Below, piece after piece: positions 8,936 through 17,225 of a stretch of 32,000 nucleotides of DNA. The notes below the pieces were generated by a model that worked only from the letters and a program-made list of their open reading frames with translations, made no database searches and was not told the origin of the DNA. Numbering within the stretch: position 1 is the first letter of the stretch; each line of letters starts with the position of its first letter. The stretch covers positions 318,999 to 350,998 of the forward strand of contig CAID01000003.2 of assembly GCA_000214015.2 (NCBI GenBank), given 5' to 3'. Both the position numbers and the translations under genes were made by a program. This DNA comes from Ostreococcus tauri (taxonomy: Eukaryota).

Positions 8936-11125
8936 ATGCACACAAACGGCGGCGCTCGTGCTCGCGCTCGAGTCGCCATGTCCATCGACGACGCCATGGA
9001 TGCCCTGAGGCTCATCGACGACGACGTCTCGATCGACGACGAGCTCGTGCGCTCCACCTCGAGCGCGGTGCGCGCGTACTGGTTTCCCAATCGCTCGCAA
9101 ACGCTCGAGGCGGCGTACAAGAAGAAGTGGTTCGCTACGAACGACGACGTGCGCTCAGTGGACGAGGAAATCGAACGAACGTTCGGGGGCGTCCTGCGGG
9201 CGATTGAAAGCGCGACGTCCGGAGAAGAGGTCGATCGAGAGAGCGTTCTACGAGCGCACGAGCGGTGGACGCGCGAACCGTCGACGACGGCTGCGCTGGT
9301 AGTGATGCTAGACCAGTTCAGTCGACACATGTACAGGAAGGCCGAGGACCGAGACGCGAGGGTGGGAGCAAACGACCGCGTTGCGATAATCATCGCGGAG
9401 GATTTATTAGATAATAAACGCGAGTGGTTGTCCGAGCTCACAGTGCCAGAGCAGGTGTTTGTGCTCATGCCATTTCGGCACACGCAAAAGACGTGTCCGC
9501 GCTTGTTGAGATGCTTAGAACTGATTGACGAGCGCGTGGGGCTGGAGGATGAGAACAGAGAGCTATTGCAAAAATTCCGAAAGACCACGCTCCGGTGTTA
9601 TCAGGATTTGGAAGGGAAGCAACACGAAGCTGGCGATAATATTTTAGAACGCCAAGAGTTCACGCCGTCTGAGGAAGTTATGGCGACAATGTCGTCGAAC
9701 TCACTGTACAATACAATAGAAGAATTCATGCGAGAGAGCATGCATGAATTCGGGAACACAATCGCCGTGTCACTCAGTGGAGGCGTTGATTCCATGGTAC
9801 TGGCTTACATTCTCAAGCACCAAGGATATGACGTCGTGACGCTGCACATTGACTACAAGAACAGACCAGAAAGCACAGAAGAGGCAGACTTCGTGGATGA
9901 TTGGAGCGTACGACATGGGATGAAATTCGAACGATGTACAGTAGATGCGATACGACGCGGTGTCACTCCGAGAGAGCAGTACGAGATTGAGTCAAGGAAA
10001 ATCCGGTACGGCTTTTACAAGAAGAGCGGCCAGAAGCATGGTTTTCCAGCGGTCCTGCTCGGGCACCATCACGGTGACGTACAGGAGAACATAATCACTA
10101 ATTTGATGCGTGGAGCCAATCTTCTGTCTGTTAATGGCATGGACAAACGCGGTGTAGTCGAAGGCGTGCGTATTTGGCGTCCCATGCTCCCGCATAATAA
10201 GGTGGACGTCCTCGACTTTGCGCATACATATGGAGTACCATATTTCCTCGACTCAACTCCAACGTGGAGCACACGAGGAAAGCTCAGAAACCAGCTCGTG
10301 CCCTTGCTAGAAGATATGTTTGGCGATGGTTTCATGAGGAACGTGAGCATGATTGGTGAAAATAGTGATCAACTCTCGGAAATGGTCGATAACGCCCTGT
10401 TCAAGCCGTTTTGGAACGACAGGAAGATGAGCGACGTCGGATGTTACGTGGACTGCACTCCGTACATCTCGCAACCTATTTTCTTCTGGAAACAGGTGAT
10501 TCGAGAGATGTGCCACGGACTTGGGGCGAGCATGCTGAAGGAACGCTCTGTGCGCTTACTGCTGGGGCGCGTAAAGAGGACGAGATCTAAGAAGGATGGT
10601 TGGTTGTGTTTGAAAAAAGAAAATGCCACATTCATGACTGGCAACACCTTCGCTATTTTTACTACAGAATTCATGCCTAGATCGGAAATCATCAAGCAGG
10701 GGATGATCATCACGATGGATTCCAACAAGAAATCGTTCGATCTCGGTAACTGGCGCATCACCCTGGAGGTGGTGCCAAACACAAGCACGCACGAAGGCGA
10801 GCGCCTGTTGGATGAGCAGGCAATAACAGTGTGGCAGGTGCTAGGAAACGACATCTCCTACCACGTCCCATACGACAGTTCGTACGTCATAGATCCAGAG
10901 ATCAGATTCCCTCCGACGAAGGGGTTGGACGTCGTCGTGCGGAACGCTATTCCTTTCATCGCTCCGCCAAACGTGAGCTTTGCGCACCTCCCCGAGGAAA
11001 GTAGACCACCCCGGAAGTTCATGCGCTACGAACGCTCGGCTCTCGAGGCGGAGAACTGCGTCAAAGTCACGCTCAAGTTCACTCGAACCAAGCTTTACGT
11101 CGTCTCCAGCGATGAAGAATCCTAG
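8936..11125 (+). CDS. Fusion protein: N-terminal DUF924 domain + TilS/MesJ-like PP-loop ATPase (tRNA(Ile)-lysidine synthase family)
   Basis: DUF924-like N-terminal part: YWFPN...KKKWFATNDDVRSVDEEIERTFGGVL...ALVVMLDQFSRHMYRK...VLMPFRHTQ. PP-loop part: AVSLSGGVDSMVLAYIL (SGGxDS), LLGHHHGDVQENIITNLMRG, IWRPMLPHNKVDVLDFA, DSTPTWSTRGKLRNQLVPLLE. Genuine ATG at 8936; an alternative ATG lies at 8978. Confidence 0.75.
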   Translation: MHTNGGARARARVAMSIDDAMDALRLIDDDVSIDDELVRSTSSAVRAYWFPNRSQTLEAAYKKKWFATNDDVRSVDEEIERTFGGVLRAIESATSGEEVDRESVLRAHERWTREPSTTAALVVMLDQFSRHMYRKAEDRDARVGANDRVAIIIAEDLLDNKREWLSELTVPEQVFVLMPFRHTQKTCPRLLRCLELIDERVGLEDENRELLQKFRKTTLRCYQDLEGKQHEAGDNILERQEFTPSEEVMATMSSNSLYNTIEEFMRESMHEFGNTIAVSLSGGVDSMVLAYILKHQGYDVVTLHIDYKNRPESTEEADFVDDWSVRHGMKFERCTVDAIRRGVTPREQYEIESRKIRYGFYKKSGQKHGFPAVLLGHHHGDVQENIITNLMRGANLLSVNGMDKRGVVEGVRIWRPMLPHNKVDVLDFAHTYGVPYFLDSTPTWSTRGKLRNQLVPLLEDMFGDGFMRNVSMIGENSDQLSEMVDNALFKPFWNDRKMSDVGCYVDCTPYISQPIFFWKQVIREMCHGLGASMLKERSVRLLLGRVKRTRSKKDGWLCLKKENATFMTGNTFAIFTTEFMPRSEIIKQGMIITMDSNKKSFDLGNWRITLEVVPNTSTHEGERLLDEQAITVWQVLGNDISYHVPYDSSYVIDPEIRFPPTKGLDVVVRNAIPFIAPPNVSFAHLPEESRPPRKFMRYERSALEAENCVKVTLKFTRTKLYVVSSDEES

Positions 11126-11379
11126 TCCGTTCCCGCGTGCGGTCCTTTGAGAGAGACTTGCCACGTGGACGACGTCGTGTCCATGTTAGAGAACGCGTTC
11201 AGGCGATCCAATCCGTCTCGTGCCGCGGCGATTCGCGTCTCGATCTCTCTCGCGTCCGTCGCCGCGCGTCCCTCCCTGAACTCGGTCTTGATCTCCTCGA
11301 CCATCTTCCCTCTATTTCGACTGGGAAACTTGTTCGCCGAGCGCAGGACGGCGCGATAGAGACGCAGCGTGGACGACAT
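11122..11379 (-). CDS. Complex1_LYR (LYRM) family small protein
   Basis: Track ORF 11122-11505. I chose M43 (ATG at 11379): MSSTLRLYRAVLRSANKFPSRNRGKMVEEIKTEFREGR, which has the LYR tripeptide plus downstream F and basic residues typical of LYR-motif proteins. The upstream 42 codons are an R-rich translation of a (CGT)n tract. Confidence 0.7.
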   Translation of the reverse strand: MSSTLRLYRAVLRSANKFPSRNRGKMVEEIKTEFREGRAATDAREIETRIAAARDGLDRLNAFSNMDTTSSTWQVSLKGPHAGTD

Positions 11380-11400
11380 CCGCGCGTCCGTCGCGTCCGT

Positions 11401-11404
<4 letters not shown>

Positions 11405-11431
<27 letters not shown>
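11405..11431. repeat. (CGT)9 perfect trinucleotide microsatellite in the 134-bp divergent gap between the LYR gene and the ABC1 kinase gene
   Basis: Read directly from the sequence: cgtcgtcgtcgtcgtcgtcgtcgtcgt. Confidence 0.9.
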
Positions 11432-11432
<1 letters not shown>

Positions 11433-11513
11433 CTTCTTCACGCGCTCGTCGACGATCGACGCTCGCCGACGCTCCGCGCGCGCGTCGCTCTGACAGACGG
11501 AGCACCGCACAAG

Positions 11514-13190
11514 ATGTCGCTCCGTCGGCTCGCGTTGGCGTCCACCGCCTCCGCTGGCGCGGCGTTGGGGGCGTACGTCGCGAACGACGAGGGCGCGCGA
11601 CGATCGGCTCGTTTTTGGTACAACGCCGCCCCGGTGTACGCGCGATATCGCTTGGTACAGGCGAGACATCGAGACTTGCGGCGTTTGGGCGTCCCGGAGT
11701 GGATCGGGGCGACGCTGAGCGATGCGGACGCGGACGCGGCGTACGACGCTCTGCACGACGCGTACGCGATGAAAGTGCGCGATTTAGTGTACGACATGCG
11801 AGGGTTTTATCTGAAGAACGCGCAGTTGCTGTCGACGCGAGATGACTTTGTGCCGAGGCAGTACCTGTCGTGGTGCAAGGACACGCAGGATAGCGCGCCG
11901 GTGGAGATGCGACCTGGAGAGGCGAGGGAGATCGCGGAGAGAGAGCTCGCTTCGAAGGGACACACGGGAGTGTTCGAGGAGTGGGACGAGAATCCGCTCG
12001 GCGTAGCGAGCATCGGGCAGGCGCATCGAGCGAAGCTGTCCAAAAAGTATGGAGGCAAGACTGTCGTCGTCAAGGTCCAGGCTCTGGGTATTGAGCGCCG
12101 ATTTCGGGCGGACATTCGCACATGCATCGACTTTTGTAAATTAGCGATGCCACAGCACGTGCCGCCTCTGGAGGAGATCGAGAGACAGTTCATGACTGAG
12201 TTTGATTATTGCGCCGAGGCGGAGAACCTCGAGGAGGTGCGATCAACGGTGATGCCGGTTTGGGGGAAGCAGGTGTACATTCCGGCTCCCCACACGGAGC
12301 TGTGCACGAAACAGGTCTTGATCATGGATGAAGTGCCGGGAAAGCGATTGGTAGACGGTATTCGCGATCAGTTTGATGCCATCGCTCGCTACAACGGAAC
12401 GTCAGTGAGCGATTTGGAGGAGAAAGAGAGAGAAAATATTGCGAGCGGGAGTCTCAAGGGTCGAGACGCAAAACAGGCGGCGCAGTACACGAAGAGAGTG
12501 AATACTCTTCTCACGTTCAAACACAGACTACTTTTACCAATCAAGCTCGCGTACAACACGTCGCCTCTTCGTTTGGTGACCGGACCTGTGAATTGCCAGC
12601 CACCGCCAAAGCTCATCAACTTGGGGGCGCTTTTGCAAACGTTGATAGACGTCCACGCGTATGAGATTTTCGAAACGGGCGTATTTAATGGCGATCCGCA
12701 TCCAGGAAACATCATGTTGATGCCAGACGGTAGACTCGGATTGATTGATTACGGTCAGGTGAAACGCATAGACATCAACGCTCGGAGAGCGTACGCGAAG
12801 CTCATTCTCGCCGTCGCGGAAGGCGACGCGGCGGAATGCCATAAAATAGTTCAGTCGGAAAAACCTGACGGTTTTGGTGCGAAGAGTCACAACTCAGATC
12901 CTGAAGTCACTTTGAAGTTATCGACTTTTTGGAACGACAGGGACACTCCTGACGTCACGGAGGGTCTCAATTTGCAAGAGTTCTTGGATGAAATGCAAGC
13001 GCGAGATCCGGTGATTAAGGCTCCCGATGAGATGGTCATGATTGCGCGCGTATCAGTACTTTTAAGAGGTATGGGAAACGCGTTCAACATCAGGCTCAGA
13101 ATGGCTGAGGCTTGGAGAGAGGATGCCGAGAAGCTGCTCATGCGCACCGATCCCGATTACTTTCTCTTGCCAACAAATCGCGCGAGTTAG
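11514..13190 (+). CDS. ABC1 / ADCK / UbiB-family atypical protein kinase
   Basis: Family motifs: PLGVASIGQAHRAKL, VVVKVQALGIERRFRADI, FNGDPHPGNIMLMPDGRLGLIDYGQVKRI. Genuine ATG at 11514, with an A/R-rich organellar-looking presequence. Confidence 0.9.
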   Translation: MSLRRLALASTASAGAALGAYVANDEGARRSARFWYNAAPVYARYRLVQARHRDLRRLGVPEWIGATLSDADADAAYDALHDAYAMKVRDLVYDMRGFYLKNAQLLSTRDDFVPRQYLSWCKDTQDSAPVEMRPGEAREIAERELASKGHTGVFEEWDENPLGVASIGQAHRAKLSKKYGGKTVVVKVQALGIERRFRADIRTCIDFCKLAMPQHVPPLEEIERQFMTEFDYCAEAENLEEVRSTVMPVWGKQVYIPAPHTELCTKQVLIMDEVPGKRLVDGIRDQFDAIARYNGTSVSDLEEKERENIASGSLKGRDAKQAAQYTKRVNTLLTFKHRLLLPIKLAYNTSPLRLVTGPVNCQPPPKLINLGALLQTLIDVHAYEIFETGVFNGDPHPGNIMLMPDGRLGLIDYGQVKRIDINARRAYAKLILAVAEGDAAECHKIVQSEKPDGFGAKSHNSDPEVTLKLSTFWNDRDTPDVTEGLNLQEFLDEMQARDPVIKAPDEMVMIARVSVLLRGMGNAFNIRLRMAEAWREDAEKLLMRTDPDYFLLPTNRAS

Positions 13191-13252
13191 CTTGTATATA
13201 ATCATTTATTTGTGTCTAGAAATTGTAGAATGCGTATTGAAAGAAAATTGAA

Positions 13253-14755
13253 TTACTTCTTGGTCCGTTCGTTGACCGTCACAGTCACGGTGACACACTC
13301 ATCTTCACCGACAATGAGGCTGACGGTGAGCAGTTGCTTGTGCGAGCTACCTCCCTTCCTTTTGCCGTTCTTCTTGCCGTGCTTCTTCGAAGAAGACTTC
13401 TCGTCCTTCGCCTCCGCTTCTTCCGCGTCTACTCCTCCCTCTTCTTCGCTGTCTTCGCCGGCCGCGATCTTCTCCTTCTTGATCCTTCGCTTCTCCAAGA
13501 ATTCTTCCTTTTTCGCCTGGATGGCGACGATTGCGCTAGGAACTTCGGAAGCCTTGGCCACGACGGCGACTTTGATCTTGGAGAAGAAAGCCAAGGTATC
13601 GAGGGAGTGCTGAATGAGTTCATTCTTCGGTCCCTTCGCGTTACCGTTCTTCTTGCCCTTCTTCTTGTACGTGTCGCTCACGGCGAACATGTCGTCATCA
13701 TCGTCATCGCGCTTGAGGAGCGTCATGCTCTCCAGCGCCTTGGTGACTCCTTCGCCCGTCGTCCCTGCGGGCGCGTCGTTCTCCTTACTCGCGCTCATGT
13801 CCCACTTGGACAAGTAACCGATCAGGGTATCACACGCCGAGACTTCTTCTTCGAAGGGCTCAGGAGCGTTGTCCTTTTCCCACTGCTTTCGAGCCGCCTC
13901 TCGAGCCTTGCGTTCCTCTTGTTGCGCTTCCCACTGCTCCTTCTTAAGTTCTTTCTGTTGCGCGCGGAACGCCTTCTCGCGAACCCAGTAAGCGTCCTCA
14001 ATGATCTTTTGCTCGGCGTAGAGTTTATTAATGTCCTCTCGGACCTTTTTGATCTCCTGGTACACCGCGTTCTTTTCCTCCGTGAGCGATGGCACGTCGG
14101 CGTTCTTTTCATCAATCTTACTCTTATCTCCATCCAGCGTGGCGCGAATCTTCGACTGTTCCGCCTTGATGCTATTGATTTCCGCATCTTTAGCCTTGAT
14201 CTTGTCCATTTGCGATTTTCTCGCGACCTCGTGGGCGGCGGCGACTGCTTGCTTCTCGGCGTACGACTTCACGCCGTCCCTACTCTTGTTTAAGCCCTTG
14301 ATCACGTCGATCAGTCTCTTCTCCTCGGAGAGCGGCATCGTCTCATGCGCGAGTTTATTCTCCACGCGAGTGATCTCGGCGTCGATCGCCTCGTTCGTCA
14401 GAAACTTGGACCCGTTTCTCTGCGCGTTCGCCTCCTCTCGAGCCTTGTCCCTCGCCTCCGTCGACGCGTTCATCGCCTCCCGCATCGTGTTCCTCTGCGC
14501 GATCTTCTCGTTCGCGATCGCGTTCAGGGCTTTAAACTTTTCAATTAACGGCGCGTTCGCATCGTTATGTCTCTGTCGGTCGCCCTTCTTCGCGTTCACG
14601 ATGGATTTGATCTCCTCGATCCGGCGCTGCTTCGCCTCGGTGATCTCCTTCAGGGCTGCGATCTTGCGTTCGAATTCATCCCTATCGGGCTTGGGCGGTC
14701 GGCTCAGCCTTTGCGCGGTCGTCGCCGTACTTCCCGTCGTCTTCTCGCTCGTCAT
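13253..14755 (-). CDS. Lys/Glu-rich coiled-coil protein, Bfr1 / proton-pump-interactor-like
   Basis: Track ORF 13253-14989. I chose M79 (ATG at 14755, MTSEKTTGS...) because the upstream part is R-rich GC junk. It shows long heptad-like K/E segments and Bfr1-like strings: RPPKPDRDEFERKIAALKE, MPLSEEKRLIDVIKGLNKSRD, IQHSLDTLAFFSKIKV. The family call is by recollection only. Confidence 0.55.
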   Translation of the reverse strand: MTSEKTTGSTATTAQRLSRPPKPDRDEFERKIAALKEITEAKQRRIEEIKSIVNAKKGDRQRHNDANAPLIEKFKALNAIANEKIAQRNTMREAMNASTEARDKAREEANAQRNGSKFLTNEAIDAEITRVENKLAHETMPLSEEKRLIDVIKGLNKSRDGVKSYAEKQAVAAAHEVARKSQMDKIKAKDAEINSIKAEQSKIRATLDGDKSKIDEKNADVPSLTEEKNAVYQEIKKVREDINKLYAEQKIIEDAYWVREKAFRAQQKELKKEQWEAQQEERKAREAARKQWEKDNAPEPFEEEVSACDTLIGYLSKWDMSASKENDAPAGTTGEGVTKALESMTLLKRDDDDDDMFAVSDTYKKKGKKNGNAKGPKNELIQHSLDTLAFFSKIKVAVVAKASEVPSAIVAIQAKKEEFLEKRRIKKEKIAAGEDSEEEGGVDAEEAEAKDEKSSSKKHGKKNGKRKGGSSHKQLLTVSLIVGEDECVTVTVTVNERTKK

Positions 14756-15037
14756 CGGGCGCGCGCGCGGTCGACGAGTGCGGACGCGCGCCCGCGTCAC
14801 CCGCGCGCGTTCCGGCGGTGTCGAAAACGTCGCGGGGACGCGTCGCATCTTTACGTGGCGTCGCGTATACACCATACACCACCATCTCAAGGGTGAGGAA
14901 TCATCACGAACGCGGCGCGACGGACACATCGCGCCCGTAACGTTCACCGCGTGTCGACCGCGTGTCGATGAGATGTGACGATGTGTCATTCACACGAGTT
15001 AGGACTCATGGCGGTCACCACCGTCACACCTCACCTC

Positions 15038-15167
15038 GGGGCGTTGGTCTAGTGGTATGATTCCTCGTTTGGGCGACGAGTCGCGGAACATCGCGATATA
15101 TTCTCACACCGCATCGAGACGACGACGGACGTCGAGGAGGTCGCGAGTTCGATTCTCGCACGCCCCC
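15038..15167 (+). tRNA. trnP-UGG: tRNA-Pro (anticodon UGG) with a 58-nt canonical 37/38 intron (15074-15131)
   Basis: Manual fold:
- acceptor GGGGCGT / ACGCCCC, discriminator C
- D arm GTCT-AGTGGTA-TGAT (typical tRNA-Pro)
- anticodon stem CCTCG / CGAGG
- loop TT-TGG-G[intron]T
- variable AGGTC
- T arm GCGAG-TTCGATT-CTCGC
A T5 run follows 9 nt downstream. Confidence 0.85.
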
Positions 15168-15175
15168 TTGTATGC

Positions 15176-15180
15176 TTTTT
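15176..15180 (+). terminator. Pol III terminator T-run downstream of tRNA-Pro
   Basis: TTTTT lies 9 nt after the discriminator base. A second T8 run is at 15193-15200. Confidence 0.6.
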
Positions 15181-15232
15181 AAGCCCATCATCTTTTTTTT
15201 AATTCCTTGGAACATAAAAAAGTTTATCTGTT

Positions 15233-15242
15233 CTAAACCCTA
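15233..15242 (+). promoter_or_regulatory. Telo-box-like motif CTAAACCCTA in the AT-rich island between tRNA-Pro and the 15526 gene
   Basis: Read directly from the sequence. It is flanked by two copies of TTTTAAGCCCATCA (15177-15190 and 15260-15273), whose reverse complement contains TGGGCT (site II-like). Confidence 0.4.
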
Positions 15243-15525
15243 TCTGAGTATACAATGGATTTTAAGCCCATCAGAGAAAAATATATATCTCGATATCCCC
15301 TTTTTGATCGACGCATTCCTTCTCATATATGTGTGATATGTCCGAGTGTATACATCACAGAGAATCACCTCCGTGCCGCTCGACGATTCACACGCGACGT
15401 TCGTCCCTTCGCGGCGCGCGCGGCGCGACGTCGCGATCGATACCGCTCGCGACGCTCGCGCGTTGTCACCGACAGTCCTCGTCGACGAACGTCGCGTGTG
15501 AATCGTTGAGAGGCATCGAGGAGCG

Positions 15526-16395
15526 ATGAGACGCGATGACTCTGACTCGGACGATTACATCGACGTTCGCGCGCCGACGCGCGATCGGGGACGCCGCGAA
15601 AGCGCGTTCGCGACGCACGATGATGTTCACGTCCCGCCGGCCGCATCGTCTCGAGACGACTCCCTGCGCCTCGCGCGCGCGGTCGTGGACGAGCAAAAAG
15701 CTCTGTTGGCGTGCGAGCGCGCGCGAGCGGACGACGCGGAGGACGAGTTACATCGGGTGACGGCGCTGGCGGACGCGCTGACGAGGAAATTGGACGAACT
15801 ATCGACGATATTCGAGGCGCGCGCGCGGGCGACCGCGCCGCGAGAGATCGAGTCGGCGACCGCGTCCGCCGCCGCGACGCGGTTAAAGATTGAGAACGAA
15901 CGACTGCGGCGAGATATGAAGGAGATGGAGGAGAGACACGCGCGTGAGATCGAGGAGCTGAGGGCATTGACGTCGACGAATGAGGCCTCCGAACGGCCGC
16001 CTCTGACCAAGGACGAGCGCAGGCGTTTATTGAGAGAAGTCGCGGAGGCGAGAGAGGAGATTGCAGTGGCGAAAGAGGCTCGCGCAAAGGCGCTGGCCGA
16101 GGCCGTCGAACTTAGGGACAAGTTAGAGCATAGATCAGGAGCCAAGTCTCCACGGGTAGTAGCGGAACGTAATCCCTCGCCGCCGAAGACGCCGCAGTGG
16201 GCGAATGTTGACTGGGACGCCGCGCACGCCGAGTTCATGAAGACTGAGATGACGTCGCCACAGGGACCGCGGCAACAGTCTCACGCGCCACCACGGCAAC
16301 AATCTTTCGAAAATATCGATTGGGAGGCTGCTTATGCGGACATGGAGGCGACACGAGCGCAGAAACGTGCGGAGCGAGCGGTCACGGGAGCGTAG
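15526..16395 (+). CDS. Hypothetical coiled-coil protein with a duplicated C-terminal N(V/I)DW(D/E)AA(H/Y)A motif
   Basis: Genuine ATG at 15526. The central segment is E/R/A-rich and heptad-like (LKIENERLRRDMKEMEERHAREIEELRAL). I recognise no family. The opposite-strand ORFs (15365-16087, 15627-16238) look like low-complexity artefacts. Confidence 0.5.
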   Translation: MRRDDSDSDDYIDVRAPTRDRGRRESAFATHDDVHVPPAASSRDDSLRLARAVVDEQKALLACERARADDAEDELHRVTALADALTRKLDELSTIFEARARATAPREIESATASAAATRLKIENERLRRDMKEMEERHAREIEELRALTSTNEASERPPLTKDERRRLLREVAEAREEIAVAKEARAKALAEAVELRDKLEHRSGAKSPRVVAERNPSPPKTPQWANVDWDAAHAEFMKTEMTSPQGPRQQSHAPPRQQSFENIDWEAAYADMEATRAQKRAERAVTGA

Positions 16396-16459
16396 GCGAC
16401 GCAGCGCGCTACTAGCATCGGTAGAAAAATAGACATCGAATATTAAATCTTCATCCGGA

Positions 16460-17110
16460 TTATTCCACCTCGAGCGTGGTGAAGTACTTGAGCAAGTCCG
16501 TCTTCTCGCCCTTCGCCTCCTTGATCAATCGCTGCAGATCACGCGGTTTCTTGATCTGGCCCTGGATGCCAATCTCTTCGCCGTCCGGCTTTGGGATGAC
16601 CCACAGCGGCCACGCGCTTGTGTACCCATCGCAAATTCCATCGGGCTTCACGCGATCTTCATGTCCCGGGGAGTTTTGGTACACCCCATCCGGGAAGCAC
16701 TCGATGTAGTCGATGTACTCCATCGCCTCCTTGCCCAGAAGTTCCTTTTGTTTGTTGCAGTTCTCGCACCAGAACGCTCCGTACAGTCGCGCGCCCGCCT
16801 CCTTCAGAGCCTTCGCGACGTTGATCGCCTCCTCGCTTGACTCCGCTTGCACCGCGTATTTCGCGTACGGGACGGCGACCACCTTCTTCGCCTTCTCCTC
16901 TTCGGCCGCAATAGCGCTCAGAGGTGACAGAGCGCTCGCCAGAGCCGCGGTGGATAGACCGAACAGCGCGCGTCGTCTGTCGACATCATCGGCGCCGGCT
17001 TGGGCGTTTTCTGACGCGCGCGGACGAAGAGAACGACCGCGACCGACGCGCGATTGAGTGTTCTTCGCCACCGCGCTCGCGGCCGTCGAAACTCGAGCAA
17101 TTTGAGACAT
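16460..17110 (-). CDS. Thioredoxin-like protein of the LTO1/VKOR-associated Trx type (WCxxC), with a predicted bipartite transit peptide and twin-arginine lumenal signal
   Basis: YGAFWCENCNKQKELLGKEAMEYIDYIECFPDG closely resembles the Trx-like domain fused to VKOR in LTO1. The N-terminus is MSQIARVSTAASAV...DRRRALFGLSTAALASALSPLSAIAAEE (RR + hydrophobic + AxA). Genuine ATG at 17110. Confidence 0.75.
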   Translation of the reverse strand: MSQIARVSTAASAVAKNTQSRVGRGRSLRPRASENAQAGADDVDRRRALFGLSTAALASALSPLSAIAAEEEKAKKVVAVPYAKYAVQAESSEEAINVAKALKEAGARLYGAFWCENCNKQKELLGKEAMEYIDYIECFPDGVYQNSPGHEDRVKPDGICDGYTSAWPLWVIPKPDGEEIGIQGQIKKPRDLQRLIKEAKGEKTDLLKYFTTLEVE

Positions 17111-17225
17111 CGTCGAGGCGAGAGGGAGCGAATGCGGTTTGGATATGTGGTTGGTGGAGATCTTACTTTTCGTCGACGAGTGCTTTGGATGGAAACTACC
17201 GGTCGTTACATCGTCGCGACGAGGT

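Noticed and set aside
13334-14978. Plus-strand ORFs of 319 aa and 315 aa, rich in L/F/S
   Set aside because: They are the antisense strand of the K/E-rich Bfr1-like coiled-coil CDS; AAG/GAA codons read as CTT/TTC. This is a classic mirror artefact.
15233-15242. Telomerase RNA template (CTAAACCCTA here; TAAACCCTAA at 30284-30293)
   Set aside because: Each 10-mer is a permuted 1.4-unit telomere repeat and could in principle be a template. Three points argue against this. A match of this kind is not far from chance expectation in 32 kb. The TATA-like box upstream of 15233 would place a transcription start after the motif. The second copy lies in an 88-nt spliceosomal intron. A telo-box cis-element is the more parsimonious reading.
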